A DNA stretch of 64,000 bases, taken from assembly GCA_965116925.1 (NCBI GenBank), contig OZ220744.1:2720001-2784000 (forward strand), in the 5' to 3' direction. A program made the position numbers and the translations under genes. Shown here in pieces: positions 10,931 through 20,020 of the stretch (positions are counted from its first letter, which is position 1; each line of letters begins with the position of its first letter). This stretch comes from Candidatus Poribacteria bacterium (lineage in GTDB: Bacteria > Poribacteria > WGA-4E > PCPOR2b). Below the pieces are notes generated by a model. It made no database searches. It had not been told where the DNA came from and saw only the letters and a list, made by a program, of their open reading frames with translations.

Positions 10931-10946
10931 AGCAATTTTTGTGCCA
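10931..10946 (-). promoter_or_regulatory. Sigma54 (-24/-12) promoter for the WD40 array
   Basis: Minus strand TGGCAC-AAAAA-TTGCT, a match to the TGGCAC-N5-TTGCW consensus, 32 nt upstream of the ATG. Confidence 0.8.
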
Positions 10947-11524
10947 AACATCTTGCTGAGGGCGAGAACTGGAATTTGATTGATTAAACAGGTGAACTTC
11001 GGCTTTAGATTGGATAGGGGCTGCTATGCGCGAAATACCTATGCAGTTCAGGCTGGGGTTGTGGACTTACATCCGATAGAAGGTGGGGTTAAAACCGTCT
11101 TGAGATAGGGCTGTATTTCGCTTACAGGCAGGGAGGAGATTGCCCAACATCGTGCACACCGGTGCTTACTTTTAGCCTTCAATGTGCAAGGAATCCTTTA
11201 GATAGTTGGCGGATGGAGTCTATGCAATTGGAGCGAGGATTTGCCGATTTGTTCGGGGTTTGGGGCGGTGGGTGGAGGATCAGTTGAGGCTTGGAGGTGT
11301 AATGCAGCTTGGTTGAACTGTTCAAATTTTGAACACCACTGTTTTATGAATAGACACAGTGAAACCAACACGCAATCCACACCTTGGTTATCAAGAGTTG
11401 GGTTTCACGGTTTCATTCAACCCAACCTACAACGCTGTGTTGGTTCATTGGTTCGTGTGTAAGAAAGACTGTCGATTTTGGAAAATCGACCTACAGCAGT
11501 CTGTGGGGATCGGGTTTCCTAACT

Positions 11525-12304
11525 TTATAGCTCTGTATCTTCGAGCCAATCACAGAAAGCCATTACGGCCTCCCGAATATCTTCAAACAATGGAATCGCT
11601 TGCTGCGCCAGTGCTACCACCCGTGCTGGTTCTAATTCGTATCCGTAAATGTGGCGCAGCCTATGGCGAAAGCGGCGGTATTCATCTGTGTCCGATAACA
11701 GGTTCTGAGAAAACAGTGGTGGGCGGTTATCCCGTGGTTGCCCCATTTGGTAAAGTAACATCCGATGCCACTGTTCCCCTGTTGGCAGTTCGTCATCCAG
11801 TGTGACAGCAACCCTTTCACAGATGCGCTCAATGCCTGAATAAAAATCGTCCACATAGCTTGCCAACGCCCGGGTGGCGAATTGGTCTGGTTCCTCGCCT
11901 ACTCTCTTCAGAGCTTCAGCAAGCCCTAAAGTGATCGGCTCAATCGCAGCGATTTCAGTCGTTAATCTCGATTTCAGTGCAGCGCGAGGATCTTCAGCCA
12001 TCGGGGACCCTTCCAAAATGTGTTTACGAATTTCTGCGGGAGTTGATTCCAAAAGTACCAGATGGACAGACAGCCACGATGGCACGATCGTTTCCAGAGC
12101 CGCTTCCGCTTCCCAACACGCCTCGTTTGACAGTCCTTCAATAGCCAGATCGAGATCGGAAGCCTCATGCCAAGGGCTATCCCCGACAAGTGAGCCAAAA
12201 GGGATGACCTGCTTCGCGCCGAACTGTTTCTGTAAGACCTCTGCACACTGCTCGGCGATGGAAAGTGCCTCTTGATGACGTTGGGTTAAGCGAGCTGCAT
12301 CCAA
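11525..12304 (-). CDS. Fused minimal nucleotidyltransferase (MNT) - HEPN/HepT RNase, type VII TA-like
   Basis: N-terminal FGS..SDLDLA nucleotidyltransferase motif. C-terminal RHRLRHIY (R-X4-H-X-Y) HEPN motif. Confidence 0.85.
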   Translation of the reverse strand: MDAARLTQRHQEALSIAEQCAEVLQKQFGAKQVIPFGSLVGDSPWHEASDLDLAIEGLSNEACWEAEAALETIVPSWLSVHLVLLESTPAEIRKHILEGSPMAEDPRAALKSRLTTEIAAIEPITLGLAEALKRVGEEPDQFATRALASYVDDFYSGIERICERVAVTLDDELPTGEQWHRMLLYQMGQPRDNRPPLFSQNLLSDTDEYRRFRHRLRHIYGYELEPARVVALAQQAIPLFEDIREAVMAFCDWLEDTEL

Positions 12305-13318
12305 TTACCATCCACCTCTTTCCTCAACAAAATCCTCGACTTCGCGCATTGTCGGCATAAAGTTCGCGCAACCGTGCCGGGTAACAACAATCGCGCCGGT
12401 CGCATTGCCCAAGCGGGCAGATCGTTCCCAGCCCCAGTCTTTCAGGTGTCCATAAATAAAACCGCTGGCGAAGGCGTCCCCCGCACCAAGTGTGTTATAG
12501 ACCTCGACAGGAAATGGGGCGGCGTTGATAACGTCTCCATCGGATAGATGAACGTCGGCACCTTCAACGCCGCGTTTCATCACCAGAGCCTTTGGACCAC
12601 CACTGAGGATTGTCTTAATTGCTGCGTTCACGTCGCCTTCGATATCGGGATTGGAGATTTGGGAGTGGGTAATAGAGAGTTGTGAAGTGTCGGAGAGGCT
12701 TGCTGCTTTGACCTCCTCCTCCGTTCCGAGTGCAATATCGATCACTCGCAGTGCGGATCTGGCGACCACACCGAAAGCGCGGGGGTCATGCCATTGGTCT
12801 GCGCGGAAGTCGAGGTCGAAGAACACGGTCGTTCCAACGGATTGGGCGTATTCAGCGGCAAAGAGGTTCGCGCTTCGACTTGGCTCTTTGCTCAGTCCGG
12901 TGCCAGAAATAAGCAGGGCGCGGCTATCGGCAATTGGCGCAGCGAGGACATCGTCGATGGTGAGTTCGATGTCGGCGCAGTTGTCACGATAGTAGACGAG
13001 CGGAAATCGGTCCGGCGGCTCGATCCCAAGTACAACCGCACTAGTTCGATGTCCCGATTTGTAACAGACAAACTTTGTTTCGACATCTTCATCATTTAGG
13101 AATTTGAGGATGAAGTCCCCCACCGGATCTTCGCCGAGCGCGGTGAGAACAGCGGATCGGAGTCCAAGTCGTCGTGTCCCAACGCTGATATTCGTTGGGC
13201 ATCCACCGACAAACGCGCCAAAGCTGCCGATTTCGGGGAAAGGTGCGCCGATGTCATTGGAGTAGAGATCTATTGAACTGCGTCCGATTGCTAAAATATC
13301 ATAAGTTCGTTCACTCAT
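12305..13318 (-). CDS. iolC: 5-dehydro-2-deoxygluconokinase (PfkB family)
   Basis: IGRSSIDLY, VGGCPTNI, YYRDNCAD, DFRADQW and GAGDAFASG motifs; iolD nearby. Start taken at MSERTYD. Confidence 0.9.
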   Translation of the reverse strand: MSERTYDILAIGRSSIDLYSNDIGAPFPEIGSFGAFVGGCPTNISVGTRRLGLRSAVLTALGEDPVGDFILKFLNDEDVETKFVCYKSGHRTSAVVLGIEPPDRFPLVYYRDNCADIELTIDDVLAAPIADSRALLISGTGLSKEPSRSANLFAAEYAQSVGTTVFFDLDFRADQWHDPRAFGVVARSALRVIDIALGTEEEVKAASLSDTSQLSITHSQISNPDIEGDVNAAIKTILSGGPKALVMKRGVEGADVHLSDGDVINAAPFPVEVYNTLGAGDAFASGFIYGHLKDWGWERSARLGNATGAIVVTRHGCANFMPTMREVEDFVEERGGW

Positions 13319-13322
13319 CGGT

Positions 13323-14111
13323 TCACCTTGATACGTAATCCTTGAATTTTTCACTTTGTTCTGCGAACCGGCAGGTGATGAGAAAGGCGTCGTTTCCGCA
13401 AGCGATTAACTGAACGCCTGCATCCGCCCACCGTTTGCCACTCTCAAAATCGTTGACGTAGCTGCCGAGGACGATTTGAGATTCCTTCGCCTTGGCGATC
13501 ACCTTTTCGATGCTATCAACAATTAAGGGGTGGTCGAGTTGGCCAGATATGCCGAGTGATGTCGAGAGGTCATACGGTCCGAGGAAGATTGCGTCGAGTC
13601 CATCGGTGGCAAGAATCTCATCGATGTTCTTCACCGATTTTGCGGTCTCGATCTGCCCGATGATAAAAATTTCCTCATTTGCCTGAAGGGTATATTTCAC
13701 ACCGTCTAGTTTCCGAAAATCGCCGTAATCGGTGTGTCCGATTCCGAATGCGACTCCCCTATCTCCGTCAGGCGCGTATTTCGCCCACTTTACAACATTT
13801 TCGATATCTTCGCGGGATTCCACACGCGGAATCATCACGCCGGAAGCACCGGCATCAAGTGCGCGGGAGACAAAATGCCGCTCTTTATCTGGCACCCGTA
13901 CAATACTAGGGAGGTCTGATCCCCTCGCCGCTCTGACGATACGCCCGACTGTTTCCATCGTGAAGGTTGTGTGTTCCATATCTACAATGATGAAATCCGC
14001 CCCGGCACTCGCCAAGATGGTCGCAATCTGCGGCACCGCAAACTCCATCACAAAGGTCCCAACAATGACTTCTCCCCTTCGTAAAGTTGATTTAATCTGC
14101 TTTGCTCTCAT
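13323..14111 (-). CDS. HpcH/HpaI-family aldolase
   Basis: DMEH, VRVP, LDAGASGVMIPRV, QIET and FLGPYDLS motifs. Confidence 0.88.
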   Translation of the reverse strand: MRAKQIKSTLRRGEVIVGTFVMEFAVPQIATILASAGADFIIVDMEHTTFTMETVGRIVRAARGSDLPSIVRVPDKERHFVSRALDAGASGVMIPRVESREDIENVVKWAKYAPDGDRGVAFGIGHTDYGDFRKLDGVKYTLQANEEIFIIGQIETAKSVKNIDEILATDGLDAIFLGPYDLSTSLGISGQLDHPLIVDSIEKVIAKAKESQIVLGSYVNDFESGKRWADAGVQLIACGNDAFLITCRFAEQSEKFKDYVSR

Positions 14112-14228
14112 TTTTTAATTATACCGTCCGCTATTAGAAATCGCATTTTTGGGAGAGGAATCCCCGATGAGTTCTAAACATAATTTGATGTGATGCTCAG
14201 TACAGAAATCTCCTTGACATTAGATATT

Positions 14229-14360
14229 GGCTCATGTAAAAAGAAAGTGCAAAACACGAATCGAAATCGTAGGGGCGGGGTCTCCCCGCCCGCCGTAAGG
14301 GTTGGGGGACCCAACCCCTACGAATATTCGGTTTCTTTGCACTAAATCTTAACATGAGCG
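14229..14360. mobile_element. ~132-bp MITE carrying a REP doublet, 8-bp TSD (copy 1)
   Basis: TIR (G)GCTCATGTwAA; flanking direct repeat TAGATATT at 14221 and 14361. Confidence 0.88.
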
Positions 14361-14368
14361 TAGATATT

Positions 14369-16345
14369 TTATCGCCTCGCTGTAAAGAGATTTTCTATTT
14401 CCCGTAATAGTTTTCGCGCACCTGCTTCAGCTTTGGAAGTTCTTTTCATCCTTTTTGAAATCCTTAAAATTCTGTCACAATAGTCGTATGATAGACTCAA
14501 ATCTCCTGCGGCACGGGCATTTTCTGCGACATTAAGATAACAGATTGTTGTGCGTGATAGACTTTGGTTCGCGGCCTCCCATAGGTTGGCATGGGCGTAA
14601 TTGTCCGCTGAAAGGGCGTATAGTCTGCCGGCATCAGCCCAAGTCTGTTCTCTTTCCAAGGCGTCCGCCTGCATAGCATAGTAAGTCCCTGCTTCCTGTG
14701 CACACTGTCGGGCGCGACCATAACGACGGCCGGCTGTGTAGGCAAGTCGTGCTCGCGCGTAACAATCTGCGCCCGATTCCCAATTCTCGGATTCAATAAA
14801 GTTTTGTGCAGATTGTCTATAAAATTCTCCCAGTTTTTTGTACGCCACCCGGCTCCGCCGACTTTTCCCCTCTTGTGCATATTCTTCAGCCAATTGACGC
14901 GTCTGGGCGGCTATCCTCTCATGGGGTGCCTGAACCACCTCATGGAGTTTTCGCAGCACAAATTCTGGGGCAGTCTCCTGTGGGTTGAGCGGTTGAAAGG
15001 TTAGATCGGAACCGGTGCCAATGTCTGTAGGAAGTGGGTCTGAACTTGCGACGGAAGACACATCAGTGGATTCACTAGAAGATAAATGATTGTTAAGCAA
15101 GGTTCTGAGCTGCGCTACCTCGTCAGACGACAATTGGTTAATTAATTCAATCATTTCTCTTGCCGTCGAAGGGGGTTGGAGAGGGATCATTAAGTCCGAT
15201 AAATGTCGAAATATCCAATCCGCTTTTTTGGTTGCTTTGACACTGCTCAAGTAGAGGCGGTGCGCCTGTTGTACCTCTTGCAATGCCTGCTGTGACTGTG
15301 TGCTACCGAGAAGTTGAATGGCTTTATCGTAGTGTAGATTGACTTGTGTTTCGAGTTGAAGCTGATTCTGTTTTTCTACTTTTGCTTTTTGTTCTTCAGC
15401 TATCTCCGATTCAATTTTCTCTGCCGCCTCGGCAGAGACGCGTAAATCCTTTCTGTGTCCAGATAGCATTGCGCCTTGTATCGCTGGATTTGATTGGTTT
15501 ATCATTGTATGCCGCACGGCGTCCGCATACCACGTTTTACGGACATGATTCAAGTCATTGTACAACTCTGAGGCGGTTTGATACCGAGCCTGTGGATCTC
15601 GATGCAATGCCCTCTGCAAAATCTCACGCATATCTTCAGGCAGTTTGTAGTCGAATTCAACCGATTCGCTCTGTTTTCTTACCTGAATTTCAGCTTGCGT
15701 TTTTCCTCGAAATGGGAATTTTCCCATAAACATTTCGTAAAGGATCAGCCCCGTTGAGTAGAGATCCGCCCGATAATCGTAACTTCCTTCGTACTGTTCA
15801 GGTGCCATGTATCTTCGCGTGCCCGTAATTGTTCCTGCATAGTCGGTGCTTGCCTCAAGAATACGCGCGACACCAAAGTCAGAAATTTTCGCTATTTCGT
15901 CAGAAGTCAGCAAAATATTCTGGGGCTTAATGTCTCGATGGATAATGTTCTGCTCATGGGCGGCGATAAGACCGCGGCAAATATCGAGCGCGATATTGAT
16001 TGCTAAATTGCGGCGAAGAGGCGTCGCAGTGATTAACTGACGCAAACTAGGACCGTCAATGTACTCCATAACGATGTAGGCAACGTATTCATCATTGCCG
16101 GGTTCAACGGTATGGATGGAAACAATGTTGGAGTGTCCCCAATTCCGTCCCATCGCGCTCAACTCGGTGAGCAGGTAACGCATTCGTCCCGTGGGATAGA
16201 TCGATTTGGGCAACACTTTAATCGCAACGGTACGGTTCGTAAACTCCTCTTTCGCTCGAAAAACAGAGGCAAAACTACCGTGGTTAATCAGTTTTTCAAT
16301 GCGATATTTCCCTAAGGCCAGTCCGTTTATCTGCATATACACCAT
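14369..16345 (-). CDS. Hanks-type Ser/Thr protein kinase with C-terminal TPR/SNAP-like helical repeats
   Basis: VAIK, HRDIKPQN, DFG and APE motifs; no transmembrane segment; Ala/Tyr-rich helical repeats at the C-terminus. Confidence 0.9.
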   Translation of the reverse strand: MVYMQINGLALGKYRIEKLINHGSFASVFRAKEEFTNRTVAIKVLPKSIYPTGRMRYLLTELSAMGRNWGHSNIVSIHTVEPGNDEYVAYIVMEYIDGPSLRQLITATPLRRNLAINIALDICRGLIAAHEQNIIHRDIKPQNILLTSDEIAKISDFGVARILEASTDYAGTITGTRRYMAPEQYEGSYDYRADLYSTGLILYEMFMGKFPFRGKTQAEIQVRKQSESVEFDYKLPEDMREILQRALHRDPQARYQTASELYNDLNHVRKTWYADAVRHTMINQSNPAIQGAMLSGHRKDLRVSAEAAEKIESEIAEEQKAKVEKQNQLQLETQVNLHYDKAIQLLGSTQSQQALQEVQQAHRLYLSSVKATKKADWIFRHLSDLMIPLQPPSTAREMIELINQLSSDEVAQLRTLLNNHLSSSESTDVSSVASSDPLPTDIGTGSDLTFQPLNPQETAPEFVLRKLHEVVQAPHERIAAQTRQLAEEYAQEGKSRRSRVAYKKLGEFYRQSAQNFIESENWESGADCYARARLAYTAGRRYGRARQCAQEAGTYYAMQADALEREQTWADAGRLYALSADNYAHANLWEAANQSLSRTTICYLNVAENARAAGDLSLSYDYCDRILRISKRMKRTSKAEAGARKLLREIENLFTARR

Positions 16346-16447
16346 CCTTATTACTGGGTGGATATGGTAGATTGAAGATTAACACAGACCGAAACAACTG
16401 TCAATATACAAATATACACGCATCTGTGAGGCAGGTGATACCTACAG

Positions 16448-17098
16448 TTATTGATCTGCTTTGGCGATTTGCACGGCTTCTACCAACTTTTTCGCGTTCT
16501 CTGTCAGGAGATCGAACCGCCCATCAGCAATCACCTGATTGTTGACGAGTGCGCTGCCAACACCAAGCGCGGCAGAACCTGCCTTGATGAAGTCTCCGGC
16601 ATTCTCGACACTCACACCTCCAGTGGGAATCATCGGGATATGCGGCAATGGTGCCTTCACATCTTTGATGTAGCTGGGTCCCACGCCACTTGACGGGAAA
16701 ACTTTGACATAGTCCGCCCCGGCTTCCCATGCCGCCAAAATCTCCGTCGGCGTAAATGCCCCCGGCATCACAATTTTACTATATCGGTTGCAGATTTCGA
16801 TAACATCCGGTTTTGTCACAGGGCTGACAACAAACTCCGCACCTGCTAGCATTGCTGCCCGTGCAGTTTCAGCATCGAGTACCGACCCAACGCCTACTAG
16901 CACTTCATCACCGTATTGGGCGGCGACATCACTGATAACGCTTAACGCATTCGGAGTTGTCATCGTCACTTCAATCAGATCGACACCACCCGCTTTGATT
17001 GCTGCTGCAACCTCAATTAATTCAGCGGAGCTATTCGCACGAATGATGGCGACAACCCCACAGGATTCGACCCGTTGCATCTGTTCCAGTTTCGTCAT
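16448..17098 (-). CDS. eda: KDPG/KHG aldolase
   Basis: IEVT, GAEFVVSP, PGAFTPTE, VKVFP and PTGGV motifs. Confidence 0.9.
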   Translation of the reverse strand: MTKLEQMQRVESCGVVAIIRANSSAELIEVAAAIKAGGVDLIEVTMTTPNALSVISDVAAQYGDEVLVGVGSVLDAETARAAMLAGAEFVVSPVTKPDVIEICNRYSKIVMPGAFTPTEILAAWEAGADYVKVFPSSGVGPSYIKDVKAPLPHIPMIPTGGVSVENAGDFIKAGSAALGVGSALVNNQVIADGRFDLLTENAKKLVEAVQIAKADQ

Positions 17099-17191
17099 TA
17101 TTTACCTCAATCACGATAGATCGTTCAAAATCATCTAGAATGCTTCAAACCTTGCTTTTCTGTTGTTTGTATGTGTAGCGGATATTTTTCT

Positions 17192-17905
17192 TCATAGAAC
17201 GCCAAGCGGCGGTGTTACAACAATTTCGTCAGTCACCATGCCAGCCGGTTGCATAGCCACAAAGAGAATAGTCTCTGCGACGTGTTCTGGTTTCAACATC
17301 AAATTCAGGTCGGGGTGCCCCTCAATCTCAGTCCAGAATGGCGTGTCGACCGAGCCGGGGGAGACCGCCGTGACGCGGATATTCTCACTCCGCACCTCCT
17401 CCGCCAAAACCTTTGTAAACGCTAGTGCGCCCGCCTTTGCTGCACAATACGCACTTGAGGCTTTAAATGCAACTTTTGCGGCAATGGACAGCACATTGAT
17501 AATTTGACCGGATTGACGTGCCAGCATAGAGGGTAGCACGTATTTGGAGCAGAGATAGGTGCTTTTGAGGTTGGAAGCGACCACCTGCGTCCACACCTCC
17601 GGATCTGAATCAGCGATGGTCTCGAAGACCCCGATTCCTGCATTGTTCACAAGGATGTCTATTTGACCATAAGTCTCTAGCGTTCGGTTGACCAGCGTTT
17701 CTACCGCTTCCGCTTGTATTACATCCGTCGGTACAACGAGAGCTTCCCCCCCCTCTGCGCTTACGAGACTGGCAACTGTTTCGAGGTCATGCTGTGTCCG
17801 TGCTGCGAGGACAACTTTCGTCCCTGCTCGCGCAAACGCCAAAACGGTTGCACGACCGATGCCTCGCGATGCCCCTGTTACGATTGCAACCTTGTCCTTC
17901 AGCAT
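17192..17905 (-). CDS. Short-chain dehydrogenase/reductase (candidate sepiapterin-reductase-like)
   Basis: TGASRGIG, NNAG and YCAAK motifs; follows folE/PTPS. Start reassigned to ATG 17905. Confidence 0.85.
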   Translation of the reverse strand: MLKDKVAIVTGASRGIGRATVLAFARAGTKVVLAARTQHDLETVASLVSAEGGEALVVPTDVIQAEAVETLVNRTLETYGQIDILVNNAGIGVFETIADSDPEVWTQVVASNLKSTYLCSKYVLPSMLARQSGQIINVLSIAAKVAFKASSAYCAAKAGALAFTKVLAEEVRSENIRVTAVSPGSVDTPFWTEIEGHPDLNLMLKPEHVAETILFVAMQPAGMVTDEIVVTPPLGVL

Positions 17906-18106
17906 CTCCGCCCCCTTTAAGTTGTCCACTATGGTAGATTTTAGAATTAATGAGACACTCCAAATCGGCGCAGTTGCAAACAGCGCCTACCAAACAAGAG
18001 ACCGGTAGGTGCGGTTTGCAACCGCACCGGGCATCGTTCGGAAATTACCCAATTAATAAATTAATCTTCATGAGTGTGCCTGCTACTTTGAATGTCCAAG
18101 CCCTAT

Positions 18107-18700
18107 CTAGATACATCTCATGAACTCCGTCCGTGTCGAGATTTTATCTCGAAACTCGCCGAGCATCACGTTGGTCATGGTTTGTGAATGCTGCTTCTGT
18201 ACGCCGCGAACCATCATGCACAGATGCTGTGCTTCCATGACAACAGCGACCCCAGCGGGATTCAAAACGTCCTGTAACGCTTCCGCAATCTGCTTCGTCA
18301 GTCTCTCTTGTACCTGCAAACGGCGGGCGAACATATCCACAATCCGTGGAATTTTACTAAGCCCAATGATTTTTTTGCGAGGGATATACCCAACATGACA
18401 CTTGCCGAAAAATGGTAGCAGATGGTGTTCACACAGGCTATAACACTCAATGTCTTTGACGATAACCATTTCGTCGTACTCTTCGTTGAAGATAGCATCA
18501 TTCACAACGTCTTCGACATTCTGGTTGTATCCCTGCGTCAAGAACTGGAGGGCTTTCGCTGCGCGTTGCGGTGTTTTGATGATGCCTTCCCTCGTTGGTT
18601 CTTCGCCAATACTCTCCAACATCTGCGTGTAGATGTATTCAAGTTTCGGATCAGCGGCAGCTGTTCCGTTGTCAATTGAATCTGCGTGGTAAATTTTCAT
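18107..18700 (-). CDS. folE: GTP cyclohydrolase I
   Basis: [24 protein letters not shown] and HLCMMVRG motifs. Confidence 0.96.
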   Translation of the reverse strand: MKIYHADSIDNGTAAADPKLEYIYTQMLESIGEEPTREGIIKTPQRAAKALQFLTQGYNQNVEDVVNDAIFNEEYDEMVIVKDIECYSLCEHHLLPFFGKCHVGYIPRKKIIGLSKIPRIVDMFARRLQVQERLTKQIAEALQDVLNPAGVAVVMEAQHLCMMVRGVQKQHSQTMTNVMLGEFRDKISTRTEFMRCI

Positions 18701-18703
18701 CAA

Positions 18704-19537
18704 CTAAATTCCGTCTCCGTAGTAATCAAAGTGATTCTTCGGGGTTTCTCTCAATCGAAGCCGATGTAGCTGAATCGGCTTCAGATTCGGTTCAATAACC
18801 TCCCAGAGCACCTTCACAAAGTTTTCTGAAGTTGGATTGAGGTTCTCAAACTCAGGTGTGTCTAGGTTAAGATGCTTATGATCAAATCGGCCGTAGAGCT
18901 GCTTCTGCATTGTTTCATCAAGATCCTCTAAATCTGCAACCATTCCGGTTCTTGGGTCCACCTCACCTTTTATGGTCACTTCAAGTACATAGTTGTGCCC
19001 GTGCCCGTAAAAATTGTTACACTTGCCGAAGATTTCTTCGTTTTCCGCATCGCTAAGTTGTGGGCTGTGCAATCGGTGTGATGCGCTGAATTCGTAAACT
19101 TTCGTGAGATAGACCATTTGCCCTTCTCCATAATAGTCAGCAAATAGGGTTGAATCCTCATACAATCTGACCCGATGTAAGTTTGTCCCTTTTAGATGCG
19201 GTTCAATCGCAGACCAAATCTGAATCGCTAAATTCTCACTTGTCGGTTGCAGGTGTGGGCTATTCGCGAAGGTGGGGTGTTGTACGTTGATATGCTTATG
19301 ATCATAATAGGCAACAACCTCTTCCTTGAGAACCTTGTCCAGATCCGTGATATTGATGACCATCCCGTGTTCGGGATTAAGCCTACCTTTGACTGTCGCC
19401 TCTAGAACATAGTTATGTCCGTGACTATTTGGATTGGCGGTCACTCCAAATAGGGCGTAATTTTCCGCATCGCTGAGGTCAGGAATACGATAGTAGTGTG
19501 AGGCTTCAAAAGCGATTTGGCGTGTAAGGTAGTGCAC
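18704..19537 (-). CDS. Dual-domain 6-pyruvoyl-tetrahydropterin synthase (PTPS-II-like)
   Basis: Two T-fold domains, each with HGHNY, DHKH and TSEN. The second has CNNFYGHGHNY. Confidence 0.88.
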   Translation of the reverse strand: MHYLTRQIAFEASHYYRIPDLSDAENYALFGVTANPNSHGHNYVLEATVKGRLNPEHGMVINITDLDKVLKEEVVAYYDHKHINVQHPTFANSPHLQPTSENLAIQIWSAIEPHLKGTNLHRVRLYEDSTLFADYYGEGQMVYLTKVYEFSASHRLHSPQLSDAENEEIFGKCNNFYGHGHNYVLEVTIKGEVDPRTGMVADLEDLDETMQKQLYGRFDHKHLNLDTPEFENLNPTSENFVKVLWEVIEPNLKPIQLHRLRLRETPKNHFDYYGDGI

Positions 19538-19598
19538 GATGACATTCCTTCTCCATGAAACAAGATGCGTTACTCTGCCATCACATTATTGATCTCAA

Positions 19599-19877
19599 TC
19601 ACAACCTAGCAACCGTATTATCTACCGTTTCGAGCTGCACACGCATGACCCACTCCCCACCGCCACGAAAATGCACATGCCGCTTCTTCAGCCATTCTAC
19701 GAGCGTGTCTCGATCCGGTGCTTCCCATTCGCAGACCATTCGACCAAGGACTGTATCACACTGTACTTTCAAGCTCTTGACGCCGTCGCTTTCATCATCA
19801 ATAAATCGTTTGGCGAGCCTTTCTACGTCTTGTCGTGTCATGCAGGCGATGATATGAGCAGAAACAAATTTGGGCAT
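19599..19877 (-). CDS. Small DUF4242-like ferredoxin-fold protein
   Basis: 92 aa; MPKF start and VCEWEAPD motif resemble DUF4242/SCO4226-like proteins. Confidence 0.55.
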   Translation of the reverse strand: MPKFVSAHIIACMTRQDVERLAKRFIDDESDGVKSLKVQCDTVLGRMVCEWEAPDRDTLVEWLKKRHVHFRGGGEWVMRVQLETVDNTVARL

Positions 19878-20020
19878 ATTTGAACTCCAATTATGAGATA
19901 AGGAATAAGGTTCATGTCAAAAGACAGTGCAAGACGATTAGAACGTGAAACGTGATGCGTGAAACGTGAAAGTAATTTGTTCATTGGTTCATTAATGCTC
20001 TAGTGAATTTATAGTAGATT

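Noticed and set aside
11198..11462. Short ORFs and G-rich stretch between the WD40 array and MNT-HEPN (similar stretch at 23440-23580)
   Set aside because: No RBS, no recognisable motif and no convincing structure.
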